Shown here one piece after another: positions 1 to 12,930 of a DNA stretch of 64,000 nucleotides; the stretch's first letter is position 1; the number at the start of each line of letters is the position of its first letter. Below the pieces are notes generated by a model. That model did no database searches, had not been told where the DNA came from, and was given only the letters and a program-made list of their open reading frames with translations. Source of the stretch: Callorhinchus milii (taxonomy: Eukaryota); the NCBI RefSeq assembly GCF_018977255.1, contig NW_024704743.1, positions 1,240,001 to 1,304,000 of the forward strand. The letters are read 5' to 3'. Both the position numbers and the translations under genes were made by a program.

Positions 1-2462
1 AGCAGCCTCCAGTTAGCAGATATAAACCAGTTTCCCACCGTCATCCCCCAAAAAATCCGTAAACCATAGAGCAGGTTGTATTATAATGAAAGGGTTTAAT
101 TCTCTCAGGAATTACAGACAGCAAATCCTGAATTACACTATACACTAAGCAATACATAAATGACGAGATATAGACTTGGTAATTGTAGCACCTATGGACA
201 TATTCTTCCTTTTACCACATGACTACAACATTCTACATTAATGCTATGTACACAAGTTAACTAAGACATTGTGTTTATGTAGTAAAATATAGAATTAACA
301 TACTTATGACCGATGCACAAATTTTAATTTTTTTTTAAAACCTAATGCTTTTTCTTTTAAAACTATGTGGCCAATCTAAACGTTGGCTTTATTATTATCA
401 ACTGTAGTATTTTTTTCCTCGCCAACAAGCTGTATAGCCCGACCTGAGCGAGGCAGTGTTACGCAGCCATTTTAAGTCGGTTTCAGCCTTGCTTTCTTTT
501 TTTTAAAAAAAAATCTCTTCGCAAGACAGTAGGAATAAAACTGCAGTACGAAAGCAGTGTTTTTTTTCTCTCTCCTCCTCCTCACCCCGTGGTAGGTTGA
601 GGAATGAATATTTACGAGGGATAAGGTGCAAGATTTCAGAGTTATAAACAGCTTACCTAAACAAAGCTTTATGAATCAATTCACCCATGATTTCATTACA
701 CAACAGAGTAGCACATTCACTGCGAGATAAGGGACGCGAACCAAAGGGGTTAGAGGCTCCAGTTCGTGTTAACCGACAATCCTTCGCACAACTTCCCGTC
801 ACAATTTTTTTTTCCTTAAAAAAAAAATCTCGTTTTAAAAACCGGTGCGTGAAAGTAGTTGCAGATGAAACCTTTGCTCAGGTGAGCGTCAGGAGGCGAG
901 CGGACCGCACAACACCAATCCCAAGGTGTGCTACACTCAGCAGCAGGATTTGTCACTTAATAGGTTATAGCAAATGTTTCAAACCCCCCCACCCCCAACC
1001 CCCCACCGGCTGTTGCCTCCAACAATGGTATTCTTAAGGGGTGTGGAGACAGGAGAGCAAAGAGGTAACCTTCAGTCTGTCGCTGAGACATTGGTTGGGC
1101 TGCGTTCAGGGTATTTATTGTGTTGGATTTGGGACACGTCACACGAAAAAGACCACACAGCTGTGGAGATCCACGTAAGAAGTTATTACGTGGAGACAAA
1201 GGTGAGACTGCTCTCACTGCAGCTGAGGTTACGAGGGGAATGTAATAGGAGACTGTTTTATAGAGAGGCTATTTTTGTTGAGTCAGAAAGTACTGTAAAA
1301 AGATTGCATTTTTTTGTACATATGGATCATGAAATCCAAGACCATAAAACGTTTGATTCATACTCGAAGGAAATGTAACACTAAAGGGCATCGGTAAAGA
1401 GGGTAATAGGATGAGAGTAAATAGGTTCAAAGGTAGAGCGAGCACCGGCACTGCCGTGATGCTGAATGGTCTTCAGAACTGCAAACGTTCATCGATTCTT
1501 TGAAAGGCAAAGAAACACTGAAGGACAAGAATTTCGCTCAAGCCCCGTATCAGCCGCACTGGGCTGTACGGTCTCGCTTTGCTTAGTGATGTCCGATCAA
1601 CAGGATAAGTTTGGTCAAAAAAAGATCCAGGGCAAAGATCAGACTCCCTTAACCTCCCAGAAACTAAATTCCCACAAGATGGACGCTCCAATCCACCTGA
1701 CCCTACTCTCGCAGCCAACGACCAGTCAGGTCAGTCCGTCAGCACGAACCGAGCTACTGAACAAAAGGAGGAAAGGTTTTGCATATTTTGTCCTGGGTGG
1801 GTCGCCGGGAGAGGGCAGAGGGAAGAGAGTGAAAATGATTTATATATATGTGGCATTTGTGCAAACGTTCGCCCCCAAACCTCCCTTTCCTCGTAGCTCC
1901 CGCGCATAGCAAACTACAGAATACCAGCAACGCCGGTGGTGGATTCCAATGAAATAGCAGATGCCCCTCAAGCGTGCGATGCTGTGCCCTGGACTACGGA
2001 AGTCCGCGGGTCCACTGACTGATCACCGCAGGGCTCTCACTCGCAGAACACAAATCTGAATCGTAACGCTCAACTTCACGTTAAACATCAGAGCGACGAC
2101 TCCGTAGAGTTTAATATTGCTTAAAGGTGCGTTGCCCCTTTTATTAGTTTTTTCTGACAGGTAAAATAGGCAGAATTCAAATGTCATCACATCATTTAAT
2201 ACAAAAAAAATGCCCCATGAACATAGGTTTTCGTCTTACAATATAACCAGCTTTATTATTTTTTTTCTTTAAAAAGCTCAAAAAAAAATTTCATTTAATA
2301 TTTTTAATCTCTGTGTGGGGATAAGAGCACATAAAAATCCGGCAACGCTTAAATTGACATCTCCTTTCTCTCGCGGCTACAGTGAGTGAGCGACGCTGCA
2401 GAAGAAGGGGGTCGGTCAAATTACAAAGTGCAACAAAGCACGCCTCGTGACTATTAACGGCG

Positions 2463-2551
2463 CACTTCCCAAACATTTCGCTTCCCAAAGCATTTCGCTT
2501 CCCAAACACTTCGCTTCCCAAACACTTCGCTTCCCAAACACTTCGCTTCAC
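2463..2551. repeat. 16-bp minisatellite (cttcgcttcccaaaca), about 5 copies
   Basis: Direct tandem units with no spacers. Confidence 0.9.
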
Positions 2552-5500
2552 TTCCGAGGACTCGCCAGCAACAAAGAGTCGAAAGCCCTGCAGCTTACAG
2601 CACGGATCGTGGAGGACAGAGAAAAAAATAATAACGAATTGAACGCTAAGGACTCGAGGTTAAAGCAACCGGTTCCTCTCCTTTCCTTTCCTACGCCGAT
2701 GAAATCGAGTTACGAAAGCGTTCCTCGCGCCTACATTTCAAAGGGACACTTCCGAGAGGGCCCCGTGATCTATTTGGGAAACGGGGCAGTGGAGTGAATC
2801 CCGAGGGGAGAAGATTTTAATAATATTTTACTTAATGACCTATGTCAAGAGGATGTAGTGCGCGTCCGCTTCAATACGCAGAAGAGGAATAACCACAGCT
2901 GCAAATAATAAGCCTCGTAGGTCAAAGTGTGGTTATGGTTACTCAGGCTGTTCCATGTAATGCTTTTTTAAAAAAAAAATCTACATTAGTGTTCAAATAC
3001 CCCTATTATAAAAGGGGCGACAGTACCCTTCCTATTAGCACATGGGAGTGGATCCTTCAACAGCCACAGAACAGCACAGCCAACGGGATGGAGAAGTCCC
3101 AACACGAGCTGCATTAAATACAAAGCTCCTGCCGACGGATGACGGCAGCACATCCTTGCATTTGACGTCGCGCCTTACGTCATCGGGCCGCCGGGATGTC
3201 TCAAAAACGCTTCACGGGATACACTGTAAAGTGAACCGACTGTAAATTTTATGGGCAGCCCCATCGCGCGCAGCGTTTGCTTGTGGCGCAGGATGCCGGT
3301 TTGGGTGCCAGACATGGGTACAAGACGCGCGTTTAAAGGGCACGGACGCTGAGGCGTGACAAAGTGGATGCAATTTGATTTGGGCGACAGGAGGTGCAAC
3401 GCTCCACCATCTCCCTTCTGTCTGTGTGCTCACACCACGGCAGCAGCACAGTCAGGAGTTTGAACATTAAAAACTCGAGTGATCTCGATATATATATATA
3501 TAAAAAAAAGGTTCTATTACTTGCCAACCACACTGCAAGTCCACGTTCTCCTGCTCCGGCAAACAGTACGTACGGCGATAATACTGGATTACTGATTCCA
3601 ATGAAGAAAACCGTTTGATTAAGGGGAACAAATTGGTGAGCTCTTACTCAGGATATTCCAAGTTGCCTTGGGAGTGTGAATGGAGGTAGAGGTGGATGAG
3701 TACCAGATGACAGACCCATTTCAGCACCAAGTGCCTATACAGTAGATAATAACAATCATTGCATTTGATATAGCGCCTTATCGCGTCTTCGAGACGTCTC
3801 GAACCGCTTCACAGAATATATTGTGAAGTGAATGGACTATATTTTGTGGGCGAAATTAAATAGATCCAATGCAAATTATTGGTGAGGGAGGGATGCCCCA
3901 TTCTGATATTTTCCCCATCACCTCAAAGCAGTGTGTTACAGTTTGTCAGCCCTCAGCAGTGCTCAGGTGGCTGAACATTTGGCATGTGGAGAGGAGGAAG
4001 ACTTTCCACAGTCTCATGCTGTGGATCCAGGTCTATCATTCAGCAGCTTATATGTACCGCACTCAATTTGCTCGTGCTGTTTAAGGCGACCATCAGTAAG
4101 AGAACTCCCTTTTCTTTTTGAGATCAGAACTGAAGCCGTCACCAGCCGCAAGACTATTCCCATTTTGCAAATGGTTTTCTACGTACGCCCTTCCTGCCCG
4201 ACTTTCCACATCATTCAGCGAAAAATGTCTGCACACCCTCTCGATCCGCGGCTGTACTTACTGCTACGGCAATGCCTACGAGCAATTGCATCAAGCGATC
4301 TGCTTGAAATCGCAGTTGAAGGATGATTACGATAGTTTGATGTCTAACAACAGGCATCATTAGGTAGTTTTTAAATCTCTACGCATACACTTTCTTAGCG
4401 TCTAACCCTTATGGTTTGTCCGTGGCACCATTTTTGGGTCAGACCCAAACCTGGCTTTACTGTGGACACACTCAGCTGGCAACAACTCTCTCCGTGGTCT
4501 CTATCAAAAACTGAACCCCAGAGTTGAACCTCTAATATCTGGGGAAAGGCCAAAGCTCTTGTGGATTGTTGGTGGTCGAACTCCAGGCTTTCCGCCAACC
4601 CTCAATAAACTTGCCGTGCAGTCTTTAAGTGCAGAGCACAACTGGCACCGAGCCTATCAATGTACTGGGACAAAAGAGAGGACTCATTTTGAGGTCCAAG
4701 GACTCCTCTTCCACATAAAAGTGACGCTCTGCATCAGGCTGGGCCTTCCACCTCTCTTAGCAGCATCATTATATCCCTCCTCCCTATCTCCCACAAGAAG
4801 TCCAGCCTCGAGGGGCTGAATGGCCTCCCTCCACTGCTACTGCAATGCCTACACCCCTGTCCAACCACTGACTGTAACTTTAAGTCTCCCAAGTACAATG
4901 GCTCGGTTTGGGTGGTTCCTTTCTCCCGTGGGGCCAATTACCCAAAGTTCTTGAAAGGAAGCTCCCAACTTTGCCTCCGTCCTCGGAACTTACTTGAAGT
5001 TGCGGTCACTGAGAGAGGTCAGTTCTGCGCGACTTTCACCTTTCCAGTGACGGGTCGATGATCGACAAGTGCAATGTTTGGTCGGCCCCAAATCCAACCG
5101 AGACGTCCGCAAGCGGGGGGGGGGGAGATGAAACTGGGACGAGAGTAAAGTGTCAAGTTCCCCGAATCCAAGTACTTAAAGACAGCCCTGCTTCCTGGGC
5201 CCGACTTTCCCAGTCTCCCATCTTTGGTTTCTGAGTTCTGAACCCTCTTGGTTCGAATTGCTGTCCTTGTCCCTCGGTAGCTTCTCTGTGCTGAGCCAGT
5301 GGGGGTGAGGGGGAAGATGGGGTGGGGGTGGGGGGTTGGGGGGGGGGAGAGCGCAGGAGGAGGCTAAACACTGTTCCTGCTTACGTACAGGTAGTACATC
5401 AGCGGCTAAAACACACGTTTGTTAGATGCGCTGCAGTAAATGGGTACATTTGCTACACACAAGCACAGCTTGCTTTACTTAACTAATCTCTTGTTAAAAA

Positions 5501-5646
5501 ATAGCACATTATTGTAGGGTGTGTGGGGGGGGTTGAGGGAAGGGGGCAACAACGCACTCCCACTTTACCTCGGTCAGTACATGTGAACATATATATATGA
5601 GGGGCAGCTTATTGTTTAGGGAAATAGTTTTCTCATCCACACCCTT

Positions 5647-5700
5647 CACACACACACACACATATATATATATATTTATATACAGTATATAATATATATG
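5647..5700. repeat. (CA)n-(TA)n microsatellite
   Basis: Visible directly. Confidence 0.85.
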
Positions 5701-6063
5701 CTGCATACATTACAGAGATTGGCTTGGGGGTAATATCCTAACACAGAGGGGTTTAGTGATGGCAATGAATTTGCCGATGCCTTTAAAAACAGTTCGGACT
5801 GGTTGACTTTAGCCGTTAGTCGTGAAAGATGCATTTTTTTTTAAAGAAAAAAAAACCTTTTGTCTACATCCTTACTGTAAAAATAAAAACACCAAAAGGT
5901 CACTCGCCACGTAAATCAGTCATGATTTCAAGGTCGCTTGACTGTTCGTTCCCCGTCCTCTACGTTCTGTTCCGCCCCCGTGTTTATATTCCTTCCGGGT
6001 CACAGGATATATTCAGCACCAGACCTGGCGCCTGCGTCCAACGATCGCTACTGTCCTCGTTGC

Positions 6064-6103
6064 CTCTCCCTCTCTCGCTTTCTCTCTCTCTCTCTCTCTC
6101 TCT
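6064..6103. repeat. (TC)n microsatellite just downstream of the stop codon
   Basis: Visible directly. Confidence 0.85.
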
Positions 6104-6156
6104 TTCGCTTTTTTCTCTCCCCTCCCGTTTTTTTTAAAAAAAAATCCCACAGCCGT

Positions 6157-6563
6157 TCAATTGTTGTTAGCGTTTATTCTTCCGGCTGGAAAGAGGGGAG
6201 GGGGAGGGGGCAGGTGGGGGGGAGGGGGGAGAGAATGCAGGAGAGGCAGTGGCAGGGAGTGAGGGTGGGGATGGGGGTGAGGGTGGGGGTGGGGGTGTGA
6301 CTGAGGGTGAGAGAGGAGGGGGCTGTTGGAGTTGGGAGGTGTGCTGGATGTCAGACTCAGTGGGTTGCTGTCTGCCATGATGGGGTTGGTGACCCGGAAG
6401 CACTTCTCCTTGTGGGCCTTGAGCATGTTGGAGAAGCGGAACCTCTGTCCGCACACGTCACAGGGATACGGTTTCTCTCCTGTGTGTGTCCGGCGGTGCC
6501 GCTTCATGTTTGGCCGGCTGGTGAAACTCTTGCCGCAGATCTCGCAAATGTACGGCTTCTCCC
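6157..6563 (-). CDS. ZBTB47: ZBTB47 last coding exon (last two fingers, His-Pro repeat, [21 protein letters not shown])
   Basis: Acceptor tttcctttcgcccgcag|GG; 407 nt to TGA at 6159-6157. C-terminus ...[14 protein letters not shown] resembles ZBTB47 rather than paralogue ZNF652, and the N-terminal BTB agrees. Confidence 0.95.
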
Positions 6564-6850
6564 CTGCGGGCGAAAGGAAAGCGTTTCAGATTGAACTCAC
6601 CGCACGTCTCCTGCACAAGGAGCGCTGGTGAGAACGGGGAAGGCGCTGCCCAGGAAGGCCACACCGGCCGGACAGCTACGTTGCGATTGAGGCTATTTCA
6701 GAAAAAAAAACCAGAGCGCCTTTCCATCATAGTATCAAGCAATTTCACAAGAGCACAGTGGTTTCTGCAACCTTCCCGGTAACCCAGACCAGCTGTCATT
6801 CACCCCCTAAAAGGAATGATTTCCCAGGATCATCCCAGGTTTGCCCTTCA

Positions 6851-7110
6851 CACAACAACAAATTACATTAGTACAGCGCCTTTCACGTTGGAAGGAAGTC
6901 CCAAGGCGCTGGGTTGAGGGTTTGCAGCTCAGCTGTGGTTTGGAATCAAGTGGGTTCGAGGGTTGGGGGTTTGGGAATGCGGCCAAAGGCACAGTCATAG
7001 GGGAAGGTCTTGAGATGGGCCTTGAAGGAGGCAAAGGAGGGGGGCGAGGCGGAGGGTTTCAGGGATGGCGTTCCAGAGGGTGGGGGCAGAAAATCTGAAG
7101 GCCAGACCGG
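6851..7110 (-). mobile_element. L2 LINE 3' fragment in last intron
   Basis: Tail cagcgccttggga...cgtgaaaggcgct...ttgttgttg on minus strand. Confidence 0.75.
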
Positions 7111-8339
7111 CAATACCCCCCCTCCCTCCCTCCCTCCCGCAAACCGCGATGTCTGGTTTCTGGGTGAGTTTGCGGATACGAACAGATTTTAAAAATAACT
7201 TGGCTCACGCCTGAACTAAACAGCAGATAGGTTTTTAGTGTAAACAAACAGCAAAGCTGGATGGGACAGAGCCGTTTGCTAACGTGGACGAGCTGGTTGG
7301 GAAAGTCTCCAGATCGATGTTGGACACTGGAACATTGATTGCAGGACTCACATCTAAGGACTGAATTACTTTTAGAAAGCTATTGCAAGAGTTTACGTGA
7401 GTAAGAAATGAACAGTGGCCCCCACATGCGAGTGAAGCGGCCGCGAGGCCTGAATACGAATGCCCCGATTGCAAAGTCAGCTCAGTGCTGAAGTGAGAAC
7501 ACGATCTTATTCAACGCTTGTTCGCACATCGCTAAGTCATCATTTAGCTTTGACAACAGCTATTTTAATCCTCCATTCCCTCCCACTCCGAGTGAGAGGC
7601 TGGTCGCAGAGCAGCAATTCATTTATTCCCACCACAGGCAGCCGCGTTGTCAATAGATCAATGAAAAGCCGGCGCATTTGGCTACCAAGACTCAATTTTT
7701 AAAGGATATATGATGTGTGTCAACGTTTACGTGGCATGCGGTCTGAACATCACATATAAACCTAGGAGTAAGGAGTTTCGATTCACTCTGCATATTATAT
7801 ACGCTTTTACCCCTCCTCTCGATTATTTTTGCGTCTCACTTAGCAGCCAAGAGGCCGGGCAGGCAACCAGGCTGCTCCCAGGCCGCAGTGAGCAGCGCAG
7901 GAGTAAGGATGGGGTGACTTTCTTGCGGGCATTTTCTCTCCCCCCCACTTCCCTTTCCCGGTAGACGCATGTCGTGTAAAGCTATCTCCCCAACGTCCTT
8001 ACAGCCCAGAGCTCGCTCGCCGTACGTCTGAACCAGTGGCCCCCGCAGGTAGGATTCTCGCTCGTGCCCAATCCCATCCTTGCCGGGGATCCACGCGTCT
8101 CTCTCCAACAGGGGGCACCGCAGGGCAATCGGGAACACCGGCTGATTTCCCCCCTTCTTTTGTCTCATACCTCACCTGCCAAAGGTCAGCTAATTCTGCC
8201 CGGATGGTGGTGTAAAACTTGGCACCTTCCTGGATTACAATCGCGTCGTTGAAGGGGTGGGGGCCGGGAGGATAATATATCTAGGACCCCTTCGAACTTT
8301 ACAACAGAGCTTGAATCGACAAAGGAAAGGGGTCCCTAC

Positions 8340-8484
8340 CGGTGTGCGTCTTCATATGTTCGTCGAAATACTGCTTCATGTTAAAATCCTTGCCGCACCA
8401 CTGGCACATGAACTGCTTGTGACCAATGTGGATGCTCATATGAGAGCGAAGCTGATACTTGTACTGGAATCTTTCGTTGCAGTT
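8340..8484 (-). CDS. ZBTB47: ZBTB47 zinc-finger exon ([19 protein letters not shown]...[22 protein letters not shown])
   Basis: Acceptor ccgcag|AAC, donor ACCG|gtaggg; 145 nt, phase 0-1. Confidence 0.96.
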
Positions 8485-8572
8485 CTGCGGATCAGAGACA
8501 CAAGCGTAAAACAGCAGGATTAGAATGAGGTTCGTCACTGCAAAGCCAAACTTAACGCCAGCCTCTTCTTAA

Positions 8573-8690
8573 ATATTACAAATATACAGTCAATTCACTT
8601 TACAGTGTGTTCTGTGAAGCGCTTTGGGACGTCCTCCTGACGTGAAAAGCGCTATATCAAATGCGAGGATTATTATTATTATTATTATTA
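8573..8690 (+). mobile_element. 5'-truncated young SINE
   Basis: Matches the 3' part of 27667-28002, (ATT)n tail. Confidence 0.85.
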
Positions 8691-10256
8691 CTATTCTCTG
8701 CAGCTCAAACTCCCGCCTGACAATTTAACCTCTGAAAAAAATCAAAATAAGCCGGGTCCACTTTCTTGCGAGGCGAGTGCTCTAACCACTACGCTACAGG
8801 ACCACACATAATAAGAGGCTGTATCAAATGTAAGGATTAGTTATTCTTACACAGACTGCCAGGGCACACTTTTTTTTCCCACCAATAATTTGTGTGAGAA
8901 AAAAAGGCCCTCTGGGTTCTTAGATGTTTGGGGTATTTAACTTAAACGACTCCAGAGACCATCAACATAACAATCCCAGCCACAAATCATAGTCAGTTGC
9001 GCTCCAAGGAGCAAAATTATTCTCTCGTGGACTCAATCCACTGATCCGACTGAATGTACAAACCTTGGAAATGGGATTACTTCATTTAATGACTTGATAG
9101 TGAGAAGGAACAAAACAATCACATCTCTATTTCTTCAGAGGGAAGCGTTTACAATTCTTAGTAATTGCCTTAAACACAACCCTCCTTTAAAGCCAACGAA
9201 GTACCAGATTAACCATTAACTCCACAGTGCAAATAGTACGTCAGAATAGATAAGAGCTGAAATTTAAATCTCATGAAGCACTGTGAGCACTTTCCACATA
9301 TTTGCGTCAGCCTGGCTCAGTTGCGAGCACTTTCGCCACGGTGGCACAAGCTTGTCGGTTCAAACCACACGTCCGAAGCTCTGTCTGTCCAGCGTCTTGG
9401 GATGTCCTCCCGACGATGTGCTATACAAATGGAATGTTTCTCCCTGTGTCTTGGCCAATGATTCCCCCAATTAAAATTGGTCACTCACACCATGGCTGTT
9501 TGTGGGACATTGCTGTGCACAAATTGGACCCGATGTTCACCCATTAAAAAAAAGTCACACCACTTTACAGTATGTTATGTGAAGCGATAAGGAGGCACTG
9601 TATCAAATGGAAGGATTATTATTAGAATCAAATGCAAGGTTTATAATAAATATTATTATTATTATTGAAGCAGTCTCAACTCGAGTCTTGAAGTCTATTA
9701 GACCCCATTAAGTTTAAGAATAATATAATAATCGTTGAATTTGATATAGATGCTTATCACATTGCTGAGTGGATTGACTGTAGTTTACGGGCAAAATACA
9801 CATATGGTAATACATACATTTTAAAAAAGGGTAAACCACACTTCTCTGTCTTGATTCAGAGGAAGGGCAACTAAACACAATTAAAGCTCTGCAAAAGTTT
9901 TGCATTTAATTTGGTACGAATTCAAAGCAAAATAAATATTTGACGATCTTGGGCTTGCTTTGTGCACTATAGAAAGAATGAATTGGTCACTTCGATCCAC
10001 GACTGTTTGTGGGAAACTACTGTGCGCAATTGACTGCCGCGTTTCGCCCACAAAATGCACAGTCAATTCACTTTACGGTATATTCTGTGAAGCGCTTTGA
10101 GATGTCTCGAAGACGTGATAAGGCGCTATATCAAATAGTAGGATTATTATTATTATTAAGTCAAAGAGTCACGCTTGGATGGATGGAAGGCTTGGGAACC
10201 ACAGACACTTCACTGTAGTTTATCAAGCAGGCTCAGGGTTAAAATTCATGGCTTAC

Positions 10257-10372
10257 CTCACATTTGAAGGGCTTCTCGCCCGAATGTTGCAGCGAATGGA
10301 CTTTGAGTGACATGCTGCGCTTGAACGACTTCCCACAAGTCTCGCAAGTGAACGGCATGTCCTTTGTGTGGG
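10257..10372 (-). CDS. ZBTB47: ZBTB47 zinc-finger exon ((A)[38 protein letters not shown])
   Basis: Acceptor ttcttctcgcag|CC, donor GAG|gtaagc; 116 nt, phase 1-0; translated by hand, absent from the ORF track in this frame. Confidence 0.96.
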
Positions 10373-10704
10373 CTGCGAGAAGAAGAGGAATACAGGTCAT
10401 TTCAAAACACCCCACAGTTCAAGAGAAATCACTGGACTTTGGTGAAAAGTTCAAAACATTATTCTGCTCTCTCTGTCTCTCTCTCTCTCTGTCTCTCTCT
10501 TTCTCACAATGGCAGCTTGCCAGATGAGGCAAGTGAGGCAGTGTTTCAACTAGAATTTCCACGATTCACAGCGAGGGTCATGAGCTCAGCGTGGGAGCAA
10601 AGCCAACAGGCGAAAGCGACCGACAGAGGAGCAAAGGCCAACAGGAGAGAGGCCAAGCCATTGCGCAAGCACAAAAGGCCCATTGCCGTTGCATATCGAT
10701 ATAG

Positions 10705-10905
10705 CTGGAACACTCTCCCTCAATCCCTCCGCCTTGCCACCCCCTCTCCCCGTTTTCCAAGTCCCGCCTGAAAATCTTTCTCTTCGACCGCGCTTACGGC
10801 CACCTCCTCCCCTTCCCCCAGGCTCGGAGTCAGGCTCCGTCACTATTAAGCGCTCTGAGGCACTGCCCTGCGTGGAGGGCGCTGTATAAGTGCAAGTTGT
10901 CGTCG
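10705..10905 (+). mobile_element. L2 LINE 3' fragment (second tail type, aagcgctctgag...cgtggagggcgct)
   Basis: WNTLPQSLR remnant and tail; related minus-strand fragment at ~11068-11250. Confidence 0.8.
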
Positions 10906-11697
10906 GTGTAGCTCGGTTAAGCAAACTCAAGAGGTTGCCTAAGGAACTGTGCCTCACCTGTCAAAAAGGTTACCAGCCACCACCGCTTTAGCACTCATCT
11001 CAACGGACATTTTTCACCACCATTTTTCTGATGCGAAGCACCTTTTATTACTCTCTTCTACAACTCTCACAACAACAACAACCTGCATTTATCTAGAGCC
11101 GCTCGAGCAGGGGAAGGGTCCTTCAGCGCTTGACAGTGATGGAGCGAGATGCTGAGCAGGGTGGCCGGGTGACCGTAGACAACTTAAAAGAGGAAGGTCT
11201 TCAGGGCGACTTGAAGATGGCGAAGGAGGGAGCAAGGCGCAGGGATACAGGAAGAATGTGAAAACCTGAAAGTCTTGCAAAACCTGGCATTAAGCGCTAC
11301 AGGAGGATTATATTCTGCAAAAGGCTGAATGAAAAAAATAAATAACTTTTGCGTTGAAATCCCGATTGTATCCAAATAATTTGCCCTCGAAATCTGCATA
11401 CAATTAAGGTAGTATTCATCTGACGACCCAATTACTAAATTAATAAATCCTTTCCTTTGGCTTTTTAATTACACATTCTCCCTGTGAACACATGCATTTG
11501 CACTTGGATATAATGGACCCCAGGAAGAGATTTATCAGCACACGCATAACAAACTATAAAAAAGTATTTTAAAACGGACCAAAGAGAATAGGAAAAGCTC
11601 CTTGATCTCATAAAATAACCGGCTTACACACTGCTCTATCTTTAGTGTTTGAATGGCAAAAGCCACTAAGTTGCCAACTATGAAATTATTGAACATT

Positions 11698-12012
11698 GTG
11701 GAGTCTCGTCGCACACTGGTTAGCACCTCGCCTCGCAAGCGAGAAGACCCGGCGGGATCCTCACTGAAGCGACAATAACGATAATAATAATCCTTGCATT
11801 TGAGACAGTGCCTTATCATGCCGTTGAGACGTCGCAAAGCGCTTCACAGAATATACTTGTAAAGTAGACCGATTGTGTATTTTGTGGGTAAAACGCAGCA
11901 ACCATTTGTGCACAGGGGTGTCCCGCAACTAGTCGTAGATTGAGTGACCAAATTATGATTTTTTTTTGAAGGATTTTTATCCCCTAAAAGTGATCTGTCC
12001 ATCGACTAACAG
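11698..12012. mobile_element. SINE head (+) abutting a SINE 3' portion (-)
   Basis: gtggagtctcgtcgcacactggttagcacc..., then aataataatccttgcatttga. Further 3' SINE fragments lie near 3750, 9985, 12570, 13520, 14484, 15875, 34086, 42410, 42818, 44695, 48460, 54333, 55905, 56497. Confidence 0.7.
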
Positions 12013-12013
12013 T

Positions 12014-12298
12014 CTTAAAATTAAGGGTCAGCCTTTTAGAACAGAGTTGAGGAAACATTTCTTTACTCAGAGGGCAGTGAACTTATGGAATCCACTACCC
12101 CAGAAGGCTGTAGATGTCAGTCCCTGAACATCTTCAAGGCTGAGACTGATAGATTTTTAAAAAATAGAGGGATTAGGGGATTTGGTGAGAGGGCGGGTAA
12201 TCAGAGTTAGGTCTGAAGATCAGCCATGATCTTATCGAATGGCGGGGCACAGGCTCGAGGGGCTGAATGGCCTCCTCCTGCTCCTAATTCTTATGTTT
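12014..12298 (+). mobile_element. CR1-clade LINE 3' end
   Basis: FFTQRAVNLWNPLP...FKAETDRFL, then gatcagccatgatc...ggctcgaggggctgaatggcctcctcctgctccta. Confidence 0.88.
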
Positions 12299-12333
12299 TT
12301 ATTTTCTTGTTGAATGATTAAAATGAGACTCAC

Positions 12334-12481
12334 CAACCATGTGTTTCCTGACATGGGCCATTGTGTAGAATTTCTTCTCGCAGATTTCACAAGAGAATTT
12401 CTTCTCTGCGTAACCATGTACAATCTTATTGTGTTCGTGCAGCGACCAGAGCTTCTTAAATCCTTTCCCGCAATTGACACA
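12334..12481 (-). CDS. ZBTB47: ZBTB47 zinc-finger exon ([22 protein letters not shown]...[19 protein letters not shown])
   Basis: Acceptor ttcttcattccag|TGT, donor GTTG|gtgagt; 148 nt, phase 0-1. Confidence 0.96.
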
Positions 12482-12683
12482 CTGGAATGAAGAACAAGAG
12501 AACCACTTCAAAGAATATGCCCAATATTGACTTGACAAAGTAATACAGTAAAACTCACAACACAGAATCACTTTTCACTATACACGCTTTCCAGTATATT
12601 CGGTGAAGCGCTTTGAGACGTTTCAAAGACGTGATAAGGTGTTGGATCAAACGCAAGGATTGTTATTATAAGTGGTATCATTT

Positions 12684-12930
12684 GGGACCATAACATTTAA
12701 TATGAATTACGCAAAGTCCGAGTTGCAGGGCAACTGTATGAATCGTATAAAATCCGGTGTAATCAATAATCTACACTGCGCATGCGTAATTTAATGCAGC
12801 TGGTAAGTGCACAGCATACACCGGTCAAGATCACTGTGTTCAAACACAAGGATTATTATTACGTACGACTTAGGTGATTATACAATTTATAAAGATAAGA
12901 CTTTTACTGTTTTCTGCATTACTAGATCAA
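12684..12930 (+). repeat. Unclassified repeat family A, internally deleted copy
   Basis: Shares aagtccgagttgcagg...taatcaataa...actgcgcatgcgtaatt and caatttataaagataag with the other two copies; orientation arbitrary. Confidence 0.8.

Larger units (their letters stand above)
2140..6156 (-). other. ZBTB47: Probable ZBTB47 3'UTR (may extend further toward position 1)
   Basis: Follows the stop codon, nearly free of interspersed repeats; minus-strand AATAAA at 2257-2252, 2145-2140 and 393-388. Confidence 0.55.

Noticed and set aside
2463..2551. CRISPR-like array
   Set aside because: No unique spacers, no cas genes, vertebrate DNA
687..4937. Short ORFs downstream of ZBTB47
   Set aside because: No domains or exon structure; consistent with chance ORFs in UTR or intergenic DNA
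7235..7474. Minus-strand ORF as alternative terminal exon
   Set aside because: The best acceptor (gcaatag) joined to the phase-1 donor gives a stop after two codons; no recognisable homology
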